64,000 bases of DNA from Candidatus Woesebacteria bacterium GW2011_GWA1_44_23 (GTDB taxonomy: Bacteria; Patescibacteriota; Microgenomatia; UBA8517). The position numbers were made by a program, and so were the translations under genes. The notes beneath the pieces were generated by a model, which did not search any database, was not told the DNA's origin, and worked only from the letters and a program-made list of their open reading frames with translations. Where the stretch lies: positions 9,127-73,126 of the forward strand of contig LCIL01000002.1 in assembly GCA_001001045.1 (NCBI GenBank). Direction: 5' to 3'. This document shows, one piece after another, positions 48,787 to 58,060 of this stretch; positions within the stretch are counted from its first letter, which is position 1; each line of letters begins with the position of its first letter.

Positions 48787-49727
48787 GAGCCTCTTCGGAG
48801 AATAGCTTTTTTCACTGCCTCAATAATATTTTCTTTTTTCAGGCCAAACTTTTTCCAAAGGTCATTATAATTCTTGGCAGATTCTCCAAAAGAATCTTTT
48901 ACCCCAATAAACTCCATTGGAACCGGAAAATTCTTACTCAACATCTCAGAAACCGCACTTCCCATTCCCCCCATTATCTGATGCTCCTCAACTGTTACTA
49001 CCGCTCCAGTTATTTTGGAAAAGTGAATCAATGTTTGTTCATCAATCGGTTTAATCGTATGCAGATTAATAACAACCGCCCCTAGTCCGCCCTCTTCCAA
49101 CTGCTTTGCAGCTTCCAAAGCTTCAACAAGAACCGGTCCGGTCCCGATAAGGGCGACTTGCGGGTTTTTGGCTTCGTATAAAATGCTCGCTTTACCTATT
49201 TCGAATGTATCATCAGATTTAGTGAGAACCAAAGAGTCCTGCCTCGCCAATCGAAGATAGGTCGGTTTTCCGTTTCCTGCTATAGCACGAGTGGCTTTTT
49301 TCGCTTCTATAAAGTCACAAGGAGAAACTACAACCATGTTTGGAATTACACGCATAAGGGCGATGTCTTCCAACGATTCATGCGTAGCTCCGTACATCGA
49401 AGCCCCAAATCCTGCGTGGGCACCGATGATTTTGACGGGAACGTCATTTAAAGCCGCCGTCACCTTTATCTGCTCCCAAGTTCTTCCCGGGGAGAAAACC
49501 GCATAGCTGGTTATAAAAGGTATTTTCCCGGCCGCAGCCATCCCTGCCGCAATCGTTACAAGCCCCTGTTCGGCTACTCCAACCTGGAAAAAACGATCGG
49601 GAAATTTTTCTGCAAAGTCTTTTACTCTTGTGGATTCTGCTAAATCTGCCGTCAAAACAACTATGTCGGGGTTGTTTTCCCCCAGTTCAAGCAGCGACTC
49701 CCCAAACCCGTCCCTCATGGATTTCAT
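48783..49727 (-). CDS. tktB: Transketolase, C-terminal subunit
   Basis: Pyrimidine-binding and C-terminal domains; split-gene arrangement with tktA; start placed at MKSMRDG. Confidence 0.85.
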   Translation of the reverse strand: MKSMRDGFGESLLELGENNPDIVVLTADLAESTRVKDFAEKFPDRFFQVGVAEQGLVTIAAGMAAAGKIPFITSYAVFSPGRTWEQIKVTAALNDVPVKIIGAHAGFGASMYGATHESLEDIALMRVIPNMVVVSPCDFIEAKKATRAIAGNGKPTYLRLARQDSLVLTKSDDTFEIGKASILYEAKNPQVALIGTGPVLVEALEAAKQLEEGGLGAVVINLHTIKPIDEQTLIHFSKITGAVVTVEEHQIMGGMGSAVSEMLSKNFPVPMEFIGVKDSFGESAKNYNDLWKKFGLKKENIIEAVKKAILRRGS

Positions 49728-49729
49728 AA

Positions 49730-50509
49730 TTATTTGAGCTCCTCCATTGCTTTTGTGTACTCTTCTTCGGTTGGTGTTCTGGCGTGCCAATCGGGATTAT
49801 CCTCCATAAAGCTCACGTCTTTACCGAAAGTTGTGTTTGCAATAATTACATTGGGTTTGGCACGACTCTTTTTTACGGCCTCAACCGCCATGAAAATTTC
49901 ATCGAAACTGTGTCCGTTGATTTCCGCTACGTCCCAATCAAACGCTTTGTACTTTTCGGATAAACTCCCTATGGGCATGATTTCCTCCGTGGTTCCTTCT
50001 ATCTGGATTCTGTTTCTATCGACAATCTGAATCAAATTATTAATCTTATATTTTGCGGCAAACATTACCGCTTCCCAGTGATTTCCTTCATTATGCTCCG
50101 CGTCACTTGTTTCGCAGTAAACGTAGGAATCCTTGGCAAAAACTGCATAACCCGCAGCCTGTGCCAGTCCAAGTCCAAGAGGCCCGGAAGTATTTTCAAT
50201 CCCCTTTAATTTTGTACGTTCGGGATGTCCTTGAAGCGGTGATCCCATTTCCGTGTATGTTGAGAGTTTTTCTTTGGGAATCATTCCTTTTTGCGCCATT
50301 ACGGCATAAAGCGCGGGGCAAACGTGGCCGTTTGAAAGGAAAAAACGATCTTGTTCCTCCAAAATGCCAAAATAAAGCGCAACCATTATTTCAACAGAGC
50401 TAAGAGACCCGCCGGGGTGCCCACTCCCCGCTTTATAAATCATCTGAATGATGTCTTTACGAACCTCTTTAGAAATTTTCTGGAGCTCACTTGGTGAAAG
50501 CCTTGTCAT
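49730..50509 (-). CDS. tktA: Transketolase, N-terminal (TPP-binding) subunit
   Basis: GSGHPGGSLS motif; start placed at MTRLSP. Confidence 0.85.
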   Translation of the reverse strand: MTRLSPSELQKISKEVRKDIIQMIYKAGSGHPGGSLSSVEIMVALYFGILEEQDRFFLSNGHVCPALYAVMAQKGMIPKEKLSTYTEMGSPLQGHPERTKLKGIENTSGPLGLGLAQAAGYAVFAKDSYVYCETSDAEHNEGNHWEAVMFAAKYKINNLIQIVDRNRIQIEGTTEEIMPIGSLSEKYKAFDWDVAEINGHSFDEIFMAVEAVKKSRAKPNVIIANTTFGKDVSFMEDNPDWHARTPTEEEYTKAMEELK

Positions 50510-51131
50510 ATTCGTCTGCCTCCCCGTCTTTGCTGTGATCGCGTGCCGTGATTTTTGATTCAAATTTTTGGATAATCTGTAAAACGTCTTCCCTGCTTCT
50601 ACAGATCTCAAAAACGCCGTATTCCTTGGAATCAATATTCATGTTGCGTCTGAGAACGTCAATAATTTCTGCCCAAAAATCCCCATAAAGGATAAAAGGC
50701 TTGTGGTGACCGTAGTAAAGTTTGGCGAGAGCCCATGCGGCACCGAATTCGCTAATTGTACCGCTTCCTCCTTTGAAAATTATAAAAATGTCTCCATGCT
50801 CCATCAATTTGAACATCCTTTCAATATAGTTTGTTGTAACAATCTCGGTGTCGGTGACGTTTCCAACATATTTGCCTTCATACCCGGGAGCATTCACCGG
50901 ATCGAAAGTTACGCTAATCGTTTTCCCGCCACCCTTGACCGCTCCGCTTGTCGCGGCCTCCATCACACCCGGGCCTCCCCCGTCCACTATAACGTACCCT
51001 GCTTTTGCCAAGGCTTCGGCAACATCAAAGGCGGCTTTATATGTTTCGTCCGTTTCCGAAATGTCAGCATCGCCAAAAAAAGCGATATTTCTTATATAGT
51101 TTTTATCGGCGTATTTACCTTTTTCGTCCAT
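50487..51131 (-). CDS. LOG-family (TIGR00730) Rossmann-fold protein
   Basis: GGGPGVMEA and GGSGT motifs. Confidence 0.75.
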   Translation of the reverse strand: MDEKGKYADKNYIRNIAFFGDADISETDETYKAAFDVAEALAKAGYVIVDGGGPGVMEAATSGAVKGGGKTISVTFDPVNAPGYEGKYVGNVTDTEIVTTNYIERMFKLMEHGDIFIIFKGGSGTISEFGAAWALAKLYYGHHKPFILYGDFWAEIIDVLRRNMNIDSKEYGVFEICRSREDVLQIIQKFESKITARDHSKDGEADEYDKAFTK

Positions 51132-51142
51132 GAATTCAGCAA

Positions 51143-52249
51143 TTAAGCTTTAAAAGACATTGTCAGGGGATCTGTGGGGACACTATTTCCACCCAACGTC
51201 CGTCCAACCCGTATTACTTGCTCAATTAACCTATTCGCGTATCCCCACTCATTGTCATACCAGGCAAATATCTTGACCATATTCCCCGCAACAACTTGCG
51301 TTAACTGTAAATCAACTATAGAAGATTCGCTTCTTCCAATGATGTCGCTTGACACTAAATCCTCCCCAGATACTGCCAATATGCCCTTAAACAAGGGGTT
51401 TTCGGTAGCATCGATAAGTGCCTGATTTATCTCTTCTTTTGTCACCTGCTTATTCAGGACAAAGGTAAAATCCGTGATAGAGCCGGTTGCTACAGGGACT
51501 CTTAAAGCCATCCCATCAAATACTCCCTTAAGTTCCGGGATGGTTTCTGTTGTTGCTATCGCCGCCCCGGTTGAAGTTGGAACTATGTTCATAGCCGCTG
51601 CCCTTGCCCTTCTTAGGTCCTTATGCGAACCGTCCTGCAAATTTTGATCATCGGTATAAGAATGGATTGTTGTCATCATTGCCTTTTCAATCCCAAACTT
51701 GGAGTGGATCACGGCGGCAACAGGGGCTATGCAATTTGTAGTACAGGAGGCGTTTGATATTACTTCGGGGCTATCCTTAATCTCGTTCACTCCTATGACA
51801 TAAGTTCCAACATTTCCACCCTTGCTCGGAGCTGAAATTATAACCCGCCTGGCTCCACCCACAGCATGTTTCTTTGCCCCTTCCTCATCCGTAAAATGCC
51901 CGGTAGCCTCTATTACAACATCGACTCCATATTTCCCCCAAGGGATTTTGGCGGGATCTTTTTGCGCCAAAACCGGAACCTTGATGTTTCTCTCAGATAT
52001 TATTAAGTTCCCAATTAAAGCGTCCTCGTCGGTCACCTGATCGGGGGTTTTTGATTCTTCACTTTTAACTTTCAGCTCAAACTGCCGGTACATCGTATCG
52101 TAATTCGTTAACTGCGCCCAGCCGGCTACATTCATGCTTCCTGAAGTATTGATTGCGCCAAATTGAAGCTCGTCGGAGTGTTTTAAAACTCCTATTCTAA
52201 AAGCAATTCTTCCGATTCTTCCGAATCCGTTTATCCCTACTTTAACCAT
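51143..52249 (-). CDS. gap: Glyceraldehyde-3-phosphate dehydrogenase
   Basis: INGFGRIGR; catalytic SNASCTTNC. Confidence 0.9.
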   Translation of the reverse strand: MVKVGINGFGRIGRIAFRIGVLKHSDELQFGAINTSGSMNVAGWAQLTNYDTMYRQFELKVKSEESKTPDQVTDEDALIGNLIISERNIKVPVLAQKDPAKIPWGKYGVDVVIEATGHFTDEEGAKKHAVGGARRVIISAPSKGGNVGTYVIGVNEIKDSPEVISNASCTTNCIAPVAAVIHSKFGIEKAMMTTIHSYTDDQNLQDGSHKDLRRARAAAMNIVPTSTGAAIATTETIPELKGVFDGMALRVPVATGSITDFTFVLNKQVTKEEINQALIDATENPLFKGILAVSGEDLVSSDIIGRSESSIVDLQLTQVVAGNMVKIFAWYDNEWGYANRLIEQVIRVGRTLGGNSVPTDPLTMSFKA

Positions 52250-52279
52250 GGCAGTCTGATTCCATTATAATATATCCAT

Positions 52280-52963
52280 ATGAAGGTTTCTGTGGTAGTT
52301 CCCGCCTTTAACGAGGAAAAATATATCGGAAAGTGCCTTACAAGCATATTTAGACAGGAAGTTCCGGCAGATGAAGTTATTGTAGTAAACAATAACTCTT
52401 CCGATGAAACCGAGTCCATTGCCAGAAGTTTCGGTGCCAGAGTGATCCGGGAAAAGGTTCAAGGAATGACTCCTGCCAGGAATAGAGGTTTTAACTCAGC
52501 CAAATATGAAATAATAGCCAGGTGCGATTCGGATACGGTCGTACCCGAAAACTGGATTAAAATAATTAAAAATGATTTCAGAAAAGGAAATATCGATGCG
52601 CTTACCGGTCCAATTTTTTTTAACGATTCAGAAATACTCAAATCCACCAAGACTATTCCTGCGGATCTTGCCTATAAATCATTCAGATTGATCGCTAGGG
52701 GCAGAAAATATTTAATCGGACCAAATATGATTATTACCAAAAAGATCTGGGATCAAGTAAAGAATCTCGTGGAAATGGATGACAAAAAAGTTCATGAAGA
52801 CATAGACTTATCTCTAAAAATAGCTAAAGTCGGCGGTAGGATAAAATACGACCAATCCCTGATAGTTGGAATGTCCGCAAGACGAATTAAAAAACACCCC
52901 CAATCGTTTTTCTTGGAATACCCCGTCAGAATCGTAAAAACCTTTATGGCAAATAAAAAGTAA
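52280..52963 (+). CDS. Glycosyltransferase family 2
   Basis: VVVPAFNEE...NNNSSDET; DxD region. Confidence 0.8.
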   Translation: MKVSVVVPAFNEEKYIGKCLTSIFRQEVPADEVIVVNNNSSDETESIARSFGARVIREKVQGMTPARNRGFNSAKYEIIARCDSDTVVPENWIKIIKNDFRKGNIDALTGPIFFNDSEILKSTKTIPADLAYKSFRLIARGRKYLIGPNMIITKKIWDQVKNLVEMDDKKVHEDIDLSLKIAKVGGRIKYDQSLIVGMSARRIKKHPQSFFLEYPVRIVKTFMANKK

Positions 52964-52964
52964 G

Positions 52965-53171
52965 TTATTTCTTCTTTTTATTGGTAAGCATGGCATACGC
53001 GCCCCAGGCTCCCGCAAATCCGATTAAAGCGTAAACAATCGTCACAACTACCGGCAAACTGCCAAATAATAAAGTGACCAAATTAATATTCAGAAGCCCT
53101 ACCAAACCCCAGTTAATGGCTCCTATAACTACCAACCATTTAGAAACTGTCTTTAATTGCATGATTCTCAC
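52965..53171 (-). CDS. DUF378-family small membrane protein
   Basis: AINWGLVGL...LFG pattern; 68 aa. Confidence 0.5.
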   Translation of the reverse strand: MRIMQLKTVSKWLVVIGAINWGLVGLLNINLVTLLFGSLPVVVTIVYALIGFAGAWGAYAMLTNKKKK

Positions 53172-53221
53172 CCCCCTTCACTGTCGATATACAAGTCTTT
53201 TTAACATTAGCATATTTGTGG

Positions 53222-54190
53222 TTATTGTTTTAAGGCTTCAATTCCTGGAAGCGTCTTCTTGACCAAAAACTCAAGCATCGCTCCACCGCCAACCGAAATC
53301 CAGTCAAACCCCTCAGTCACCCGCAGGACTTGCAGCGCCTTCTCCGTATCTCCTCCACCGGCAACCTTAAATGCGAGAAGGTCTTTGATGGCTTTAAACA
53401 CCCTTTCTGTCCCCTGCCGGTGGCCCTCGTCCTCATATTTTCCAAGAGTGCCTGAAACAACAATTGTATTTGCCTTTTCTATTTCCTTTTCGAATTTCTC
53501 AATGGTGTTTAAAGTAATATCTTCCTTATCCATTGTGAGATTCCCGACAATTACCTGTTCGTTCTCCCCTCTTGACCGGACACTGACAAGCTTCTCATCT
53601 CCCATATAGTCAGGCAAACGTCCTCCGATTAATACTTTATCTGCAAATTTTTTGATTCCATCCAAATAAGCCAATTTGTCTTGCTTAACCCCGCTCAGAA
53701 GAAATACCACCGGATGTTTTGCATTCTCAATTACCCGGCCTAAATTCTCCACCTCCTTTTGAAATCTGAATCCGGCGGCATGAGGGAGAAGCTTCGGAAT
53801 TCCAACAATCGAGGCGTGTTCGCGATGGGAATTTCCAAAAGACTCGTTTATATAAACGTCCCCCCAAGATGCCATTTCCCTGGCAAAGGACTCATCGTTT
53901 GCCTCCTCACGGGGGTCAAATCTTAAGTTTTCCTTAACGTCCGCCCCCCACCTGTTGTAAATCGGCTGGAAAGGCTTGAGGCTCAAACTTTCATCAACTT
54001 TTCCTCCTGGCCTACCCTTATGGGCGATTATGATTATTTGTGCTCCCTCGCCCTTTAAATAATCCAATGTTTCTTCAGAAGACTTTATCCTTAAATCATC
54101 CGGGTAAGGGTCAGTATCAAGGTCAAGTCTCAGAAGCACTCTTTTTCCAGCAACATCTAAATCGGTAAGTTTGGGCAGATCCATATTCAA
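53222..54190 (-). CDS. pgk: Phosphoglycerate kinase (short form)
   Basis: N-terminal KLTDLDVAGKRVLLRLDLD; 322 aa. Confidence 0.75.
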   Translation of the reverse strand: MNMDLPKLTDLDVAGKRVLLRLDLDTDPYPDDLRIKSSEETLDYLKGEGAQIIIIAHKGRPGGKVDESLSLKPFQPIYNRWGADVKENLRFDPREEANDESFAREMASWGDVYINESFGNSHREHASIVGIPKLLPHAAGFRFQKEVENLGRVIENAKHPVVFLLSGVKQDKLAYLDGIKKFADKVLIGGRLPDYMGDEKLVSVRSRGENEQVIVGNLTMDKEDITLNTIEKFEKEIEKANTIVVSGTLGKYEDEGHRQGTERVFKAIKDLLAFKVAGGGDTEKALQVLRVTEGFDWISVGGGAMLEFLVKKTLPGIEALKQ

Positions 54191-54636
54191 TTATTTACCT
54201 CAATTTCTCTGATTTCCTGAAGCCGTCTCTCATACCGCGCCTTGCCCGCAAATTTCGTTTCCAGGAATGCTATCAGCATCGCTTTTGCGTCTCTCTCGTC
54301 GGTAAAATCGGCCGCAATAACCAGAATATTCATATCATCATCATTTCTTCCCGCCTCAATCTGAAAAACATCCTTTCCGATTGAGGACCTGATACCATCG
54401 AATTTGTTGGCAACTACATCTGCCCCTACTCCGCTGCCGCAAAGAAGAACTCCGCGTGATCCCTCATTGCCGGCAACCAGAGACGCCACTTCCTCGGCAT
54501 ATTTTGTGTAATCGTCATCAGGCTCAAGTCTGTGTGCTCCCACATCCTGATATGGATATTCCATATCAAAAAGCCAATGGGCAATTTTTTCTTTTAATTC
54601 GTAACCCCTATGGTCTGCCCCAATGAATATTTTCAT
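54187..54636 (-). CDS. rpiB: Ribose-5-phosphate isomerase B
   Basis: MKIFIGADHRGYELK; LLCGSGVG. Confidence 0.85.
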   Translation of the reverse strand: MKIFIGADHRGYELKEKIAHWLFDMEYPYQDVGAHRLEPDDDYTKYAEEVASLVAGNEGSRGVLLCGSGVGADVVANKFDGIRSSIGKDVFQIEAGRNDDDMNILVIAADFTDERDAKAMLIAFLETKFAGKARYERRLQEIREIEVNN

Positions 54637-54655
54637 AATTCTTTCTAAGCTTTGC

Positions 54656-55315
54656 TTATTTAAATCCCTCCGTAAGTTCCATCAATTCTTTCTTGGGATC
54701 AGCCGACTTAACGACGTCCGTTGCAACGGCTACCCCAACCGCCCCAAGCTCCAAGCTTTTCTTGACATCGGAAAGATTATGAATTCCTGCTCCAACTATA
54801 AGCGGCAAACCGGCGCTTCGTGCTATTTCTTCCGCCTGCGAAATAACCTCGGGCTGCGCCTCCGCAACAGAAGTGGTTGTCGAACCCACAAGCTCAGGAG
54901 GCTCATAGGCAACATATGTGGGAGCAAGCCCCGATATCTTCTTAAGCTCATCCAAGTTCCCTGCAAAAATCAAGGTTTTGAGGTTTAACGACATAGCTTT
55001 TTCGTTGGCCGTTTTTAGGGCATCAAAATTGTCAAATTTGTGTTCGGAGTGGTTTAAAAATACTCCCGACACCCCGACTCTTGCAGCCTCTTCCGGAAGA
55101 GTCCAGCCTGTATGTGCACCATAACTGACCGGGTCAATGTGTTGAATCCAAACCTCAAGTGTTGTCGAAGATATTATATTTTCCGCGTCAATTGTCTGGA
55201 CGACAGGAATAATTTTAACTTGACTCTCATGTGCAGCCTCCTCCAGGACTTTGGTCAAAAGGATGGCCTTCTGACCCGAACTTTCCTCAAAAGTCTTGTA
55301 ATTAACAAATATCAT
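54656..55315 (-). CDS. tpiA: Triosephosphate isomerase, archaeal-type short form
   Basis: VNYKTFEES start; VAYEPPELVG; 219 aa. Confidence 0.8.
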   Translation of the reverse strand: MIFVNYKTFEESSGQKAILLTKVLEEAAHESQVKIIPVVQTIDAENIISSTTLEVWIQHIDPVSYGAHTGWTLPEEAARVGVSGVFLNHSEHKFDNFDALKTANEKAMSLNLKTLIFAGNLDELKKISGLAPTYVAYEPPELVGSTTTSVAEAQPEVISQAEEIARSAGLPLIVGAGIHNLSDVKKSLELGAVGVAVATDVVKSADPKKELMELTEGFK

Positions 55316-55575
55316 ATTATTCCCTGTTGAATGCCAAGTATGGCATTCAACTTTCCTTTATCAAATCCCACAACTGTCTCTTTTGTCCCGTCATCCTTCA
55401 CAACCGAGACAAAAGGTACTCCAAGAAAACCTCCTGATGAGGCCGCCATTTCCGTCTTTGCCGTTTCATCCAAATCCACAAGCTTCTCCGTAAATGAAAG
55501 GCTTTTTTCTTTTAAATAGTCCTTCAGCATTTTGCAGTAAGGACACGTTGTTGTTGAATAAACAGTTATTTGCAC
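55312..55575 (-). CDS. Glutaredoxin-like protein (NrdH/Grx, CPYC)
   Basis: TTCPYCK active site; 87 aa. Confidence 0.8.
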   Translation of the reverse strand: MQITVYSTTTCPYCKMLKDYLKEKSLSFTEKLVDLDETAKTEMAASSGGFLGVPFVSVVKDDGTKETVVGFDKGKLNAILGIQQGII

Positions 55576-55630
55576 ATTCTCACCTCCCGCCTACCCGTAT
55601 ATCTATATTACGCAGAAAAATGGCCCAAGT

Positions 55631-56068
55631 CTAGAAAGAGCCTTCAAGAATGTGTTTGGTGCCCACCGCGACGATTACCTTATCGTAACCGGGGTAGGCT
55701 GAAGAATTGTAACTCAGGATCCATCCGCCTTTTGCCAATTTGAAAGTTCCGAGCAAAACGGTTTTCCCATTGTTTTCGAGCCAGGCCTGATAGGCCTCTC
55801 CGTTGGGTAAAGACGGAAGGTCTGCCAAAATTTCACTTCTTGTGGCAAGTCCCATCCCGCTCCCTCCGGAAACGTCCTTAAGCTCAATGGCCTCCCGATC
55901 TTCAGGAATCATCAAACCATTAAACTTATTCCTTATTTGTTGCTGAATACTTGGGGTGGGGGTGGGAGTTGGTTTCTGGGAGACCTTCGTACGGTTTTTG
56001 ATCAGAAGAACTACGGCAACAACGGCTACTACAACGATAAAAGCGGCGAAGATGTTCTTTGCTCTCAT
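55631..56068 (-). CDS. Hypothetical secreted protein with signal anchor
   Basis: 145 aa; TPTPTP linker. Confidence 0.4.
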   Translation of the reverse strand: MRAKNIFAAFIVVVAVVAVVLLIKNRTKVSQKPTPTPTPSIQQQIRNKFNGLMIPEDREAIELKDVSGGSGMGLATRSEILADLPSLPNGEAYQAWLENNGKTVLLGTFKLAKGGWILSYNSSAYPGYDKVIVAVGTKHILEGSF

Positions 56069-56158
56069 TCTGAGCGAAAAATACCACCTGGTAAGGATAA
56101 TGTCAAGTTTTTGGCCAATCTCAATTAACGCAAATTAACCGCACAATTCCCGCCAGGA

Positions 56159-56347
56159 TCAGACCAGCTTCAAATAAATTCCAAAAAGGGTCAGCACCGC
56201 TGCTATTAAAAGCCATTGGGTTGAGGCCAACCAGATATCGCGGCCCATCCAGCCTGCGACTGAAAGCAAAACAGCAATAACTGCTCCGTAAATTAGATAT
56301 TTCGAAATACTGGCCTTGCTTTTTTTATCTATTTTCAATTTACTCAC
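56159..56347 (-). CDS. Small membrane protein, hypothetical
   Basis: 62 aa, two hydrophobic helices. Confidence 0.3.
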   Translation of the reverse strand: MSKLKIDKKSKASISKYLIYGAVIAVLLSVAGWMGRDIWLASTQWLLIAAVLTLFGIYLKLV

Positions 56348-56384
56348 CCCCCTATTTATATTACCACTTGACCGAATACATGTT

Positions 56385-56484
56385 TAAAAGTAAATTAGTT
56401 CCTGTTGGTGAATTACGGCGAAAATCCGTAGAAGTGCCGCTACTGTTATATCCAGAGCCCAACTTTTCAGTCCCGAGCAGGAAA
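56385..56484 (+). ncRNA. Candidate degenerate cobalamin riboswitch-like leader
   Basis: GGTGAA...GAAAATCCG...GCCGCTACTGT resembles the conserved GGTGAAAATCC / CCGCCACTGT segments of B12 elements; no clear B12 box. Confidence 0.25.
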
Positions 56485-56889
56485 ATGAAAAAATATCTAA
56501 AAATAATTCTTCCCACAGTAGTCATCCTCAGCTTTGGATTAATTTTTTGGCAAGCCAAGACAAGCGGCCCGGTTTCCAAAAACCAAGAAGGGGAAACTGC
56601 CAAAAAGGTATCAGCCGTCTTAATAATAAATGGTTCCAGTCCACAATCTTACGAAATATCTGAGTTTGTGGGCAAGACCGCCCTTGAGGCAACCCAGTCC
56701 GTAGCCAAAGTGGCCACAAACGGAACCGGAGAAAATGCCTATGTAACATCAATAAACGGATATACGGCGGATGCCAAGAAGCGCGAGTTTTGGGAACTTG
56801 ATGTCAACGGATCCCAATCCCAAGTGGGGGCAGGAAGTTATATAATCCAAAATAATGATGAAGTTCAATGGAAAATCAGTAATTACTAA
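56485..56889 (+). CDS. DUF4430 (transcobalamin-like) domain protein, lipoprotein/secreted
   Basis: Start at the internal ATG preceded by AGGAAA; signal/TM; C-terminal GAGSYIIQNNDEVQWK typical of DUF4430. Confidence 0.6.
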   Translation: MKKYLKIILPTVVILSFGLIFWQAKTSGPVSKNQEGETAKKVSAVLIINGSSPQSYEISEFVGKTALEATQSVAKVATNGTGENAYVTSINGYTADAKKREFWELDVNGSQSQVGAGSYIIQNNDEVQWKISNY

Positions 56890-57400
56890 GCTAGCCCAAC
56901 CGGGGATTTTAATCGCAATCGGGGCTTTCTCGCGGCTAATCCCCCACCCGGCAAATTTTGCCCCTATCACCGCCATGGCTCTTTTTGGGGGTGTTTATCT
57001 GACTAAAAAGCAGGCCCTGACCCTACCTATCGCCGCCATGATTCTATCCGATTTTTTTCTGGGGTTCGACTCCGTTCCGATGAGGCTAAGCGTATACGGG
57101 AGCTTCATCTTGGCAGTCTTGGTCGGATTCTGGGTCAAAAATCACAAAAACCCAAAACATATTATCTTTGCCTCCATCCTTTCCTCAATACTTTTCTTCA
57201 TAATAACCAATTTCGCAGTCTGGGCATTCGGCAGTATGTATCCAAAAAGTGTAACGGGTCTTATGCAGTCTTACTTTTTTGCAATCCCGTTCTTCCGGAA
57301 TTCCGTATTGGGCGATCTTTTTTATAGCGGAGTATTTTTTGGAATCTACAACCTTCTTCTCAATAGCTCTCCCCGCGTGGCTTTGGCACAAAAACCCTGA
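56858..57400 (+). CDS. ECF-transporter S-component-like membrane protein (possible CbrT-like B12 substrate component)
   Basis: 181 aa, ~6 TM helices; PHPANFAPITAMALFGG motif. Confidence 0.4.
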   Translation: MKFNGKSVITKLAQPGILIAIGAFSRLIPHPANFAPITAMALFGGVYLTKKQALTLPIAAMILSDFFLGFDSVPMRLSVYGSFILAVLVGFWVKNHKNPKHIIFASILSSILFFIITNFAVWAFGSMYPKSVTGLMQSYFFAIPFFRNSVLGDLFYSGVFFGIYNLLLNSSPRVALAQKP

Positions 57401-58013
57401 CTCTTTCCATTTCCCTTATCACCTTGGGGTAACTTTTTTTATCCGCCGGATCAATCCCCATTAGTTTCCCAAGTTTAATCCTGATATTGGGATTTTGGGC
57501 CCAACAGCCAAGTGTCAAACCAAGATAGATTCTCTGCCATTCCTGGTCTTCCCAGAGCATGTCGATATCCCAATCAACTACCGCTCGCCTGTCCTTCTTA
57601 ATTTTCTGAATGATTTTCTGCAGTTGGGGCATTTCTCGATCAACGCTCCGAATTATTCGGTACGCCAATTGAGGCCCCGTTGGACTTTCCTCATTGAAAA
57701 CACCTACCAAATTAAGGTCAAGCCCCAATGCGACCGCCATGCCAATGTCTACCCTTGAACCTTCCGAAGGTTCTCCTCCCAAATTCCATAAAATATCAAC
57801 CCTTCCTCCCTCCTCGGCAGCTTTATGCAAGAAATTTAATTCCGTCATAACAATGTTGTAGCCGGTTGCATCATCCTGAGGAGCGTCATCAATGGGGTTA
57901 AAAACTCTGGCACCTTGTTTATGAAGAGACTCTACGTGTTTAGCAATTTGATCCGCCTGGTCCTCCGTGACTTTCCTGACAGGAGCTAATACGTAAACAC
58001 GTTCTTTCGACAT
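57360..58013 (-). CDS. Hypothetical protein, possible nucleoside 2-deoxyribosyltransferase-like fold
   Basis: VYVLAPV start; SEGSRVDIGMAVALG resembles the NDT D/E-x-G-T-x-x-E-x-G motif; weak. Confidence 0.35.
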   Translation of the reverse strand: MSKERVYVLAPVRKVTEDQADQIAKHVESLHKQGARVFNPIDDAPQDDATGYNIVMTELNFLHKAAEEGGRVDILWNLGGEPSEGSRVDIGMAVALGLDLNLVGVFNEESPTGPQLAYRIIRSVDREMPQLQKIIQKIKKDRRAVVDWDIDMLWEDQEWQRIYLGLTLGCWAQNPNIRIKLGKLMGIDPADKKSYPKVIREMERVRVFVPKPRGESY

Positions 58014-58060
58014 ATTACGTAATATACATCCACAATCTCTGAAGTCAATCTAAGGAGGAA

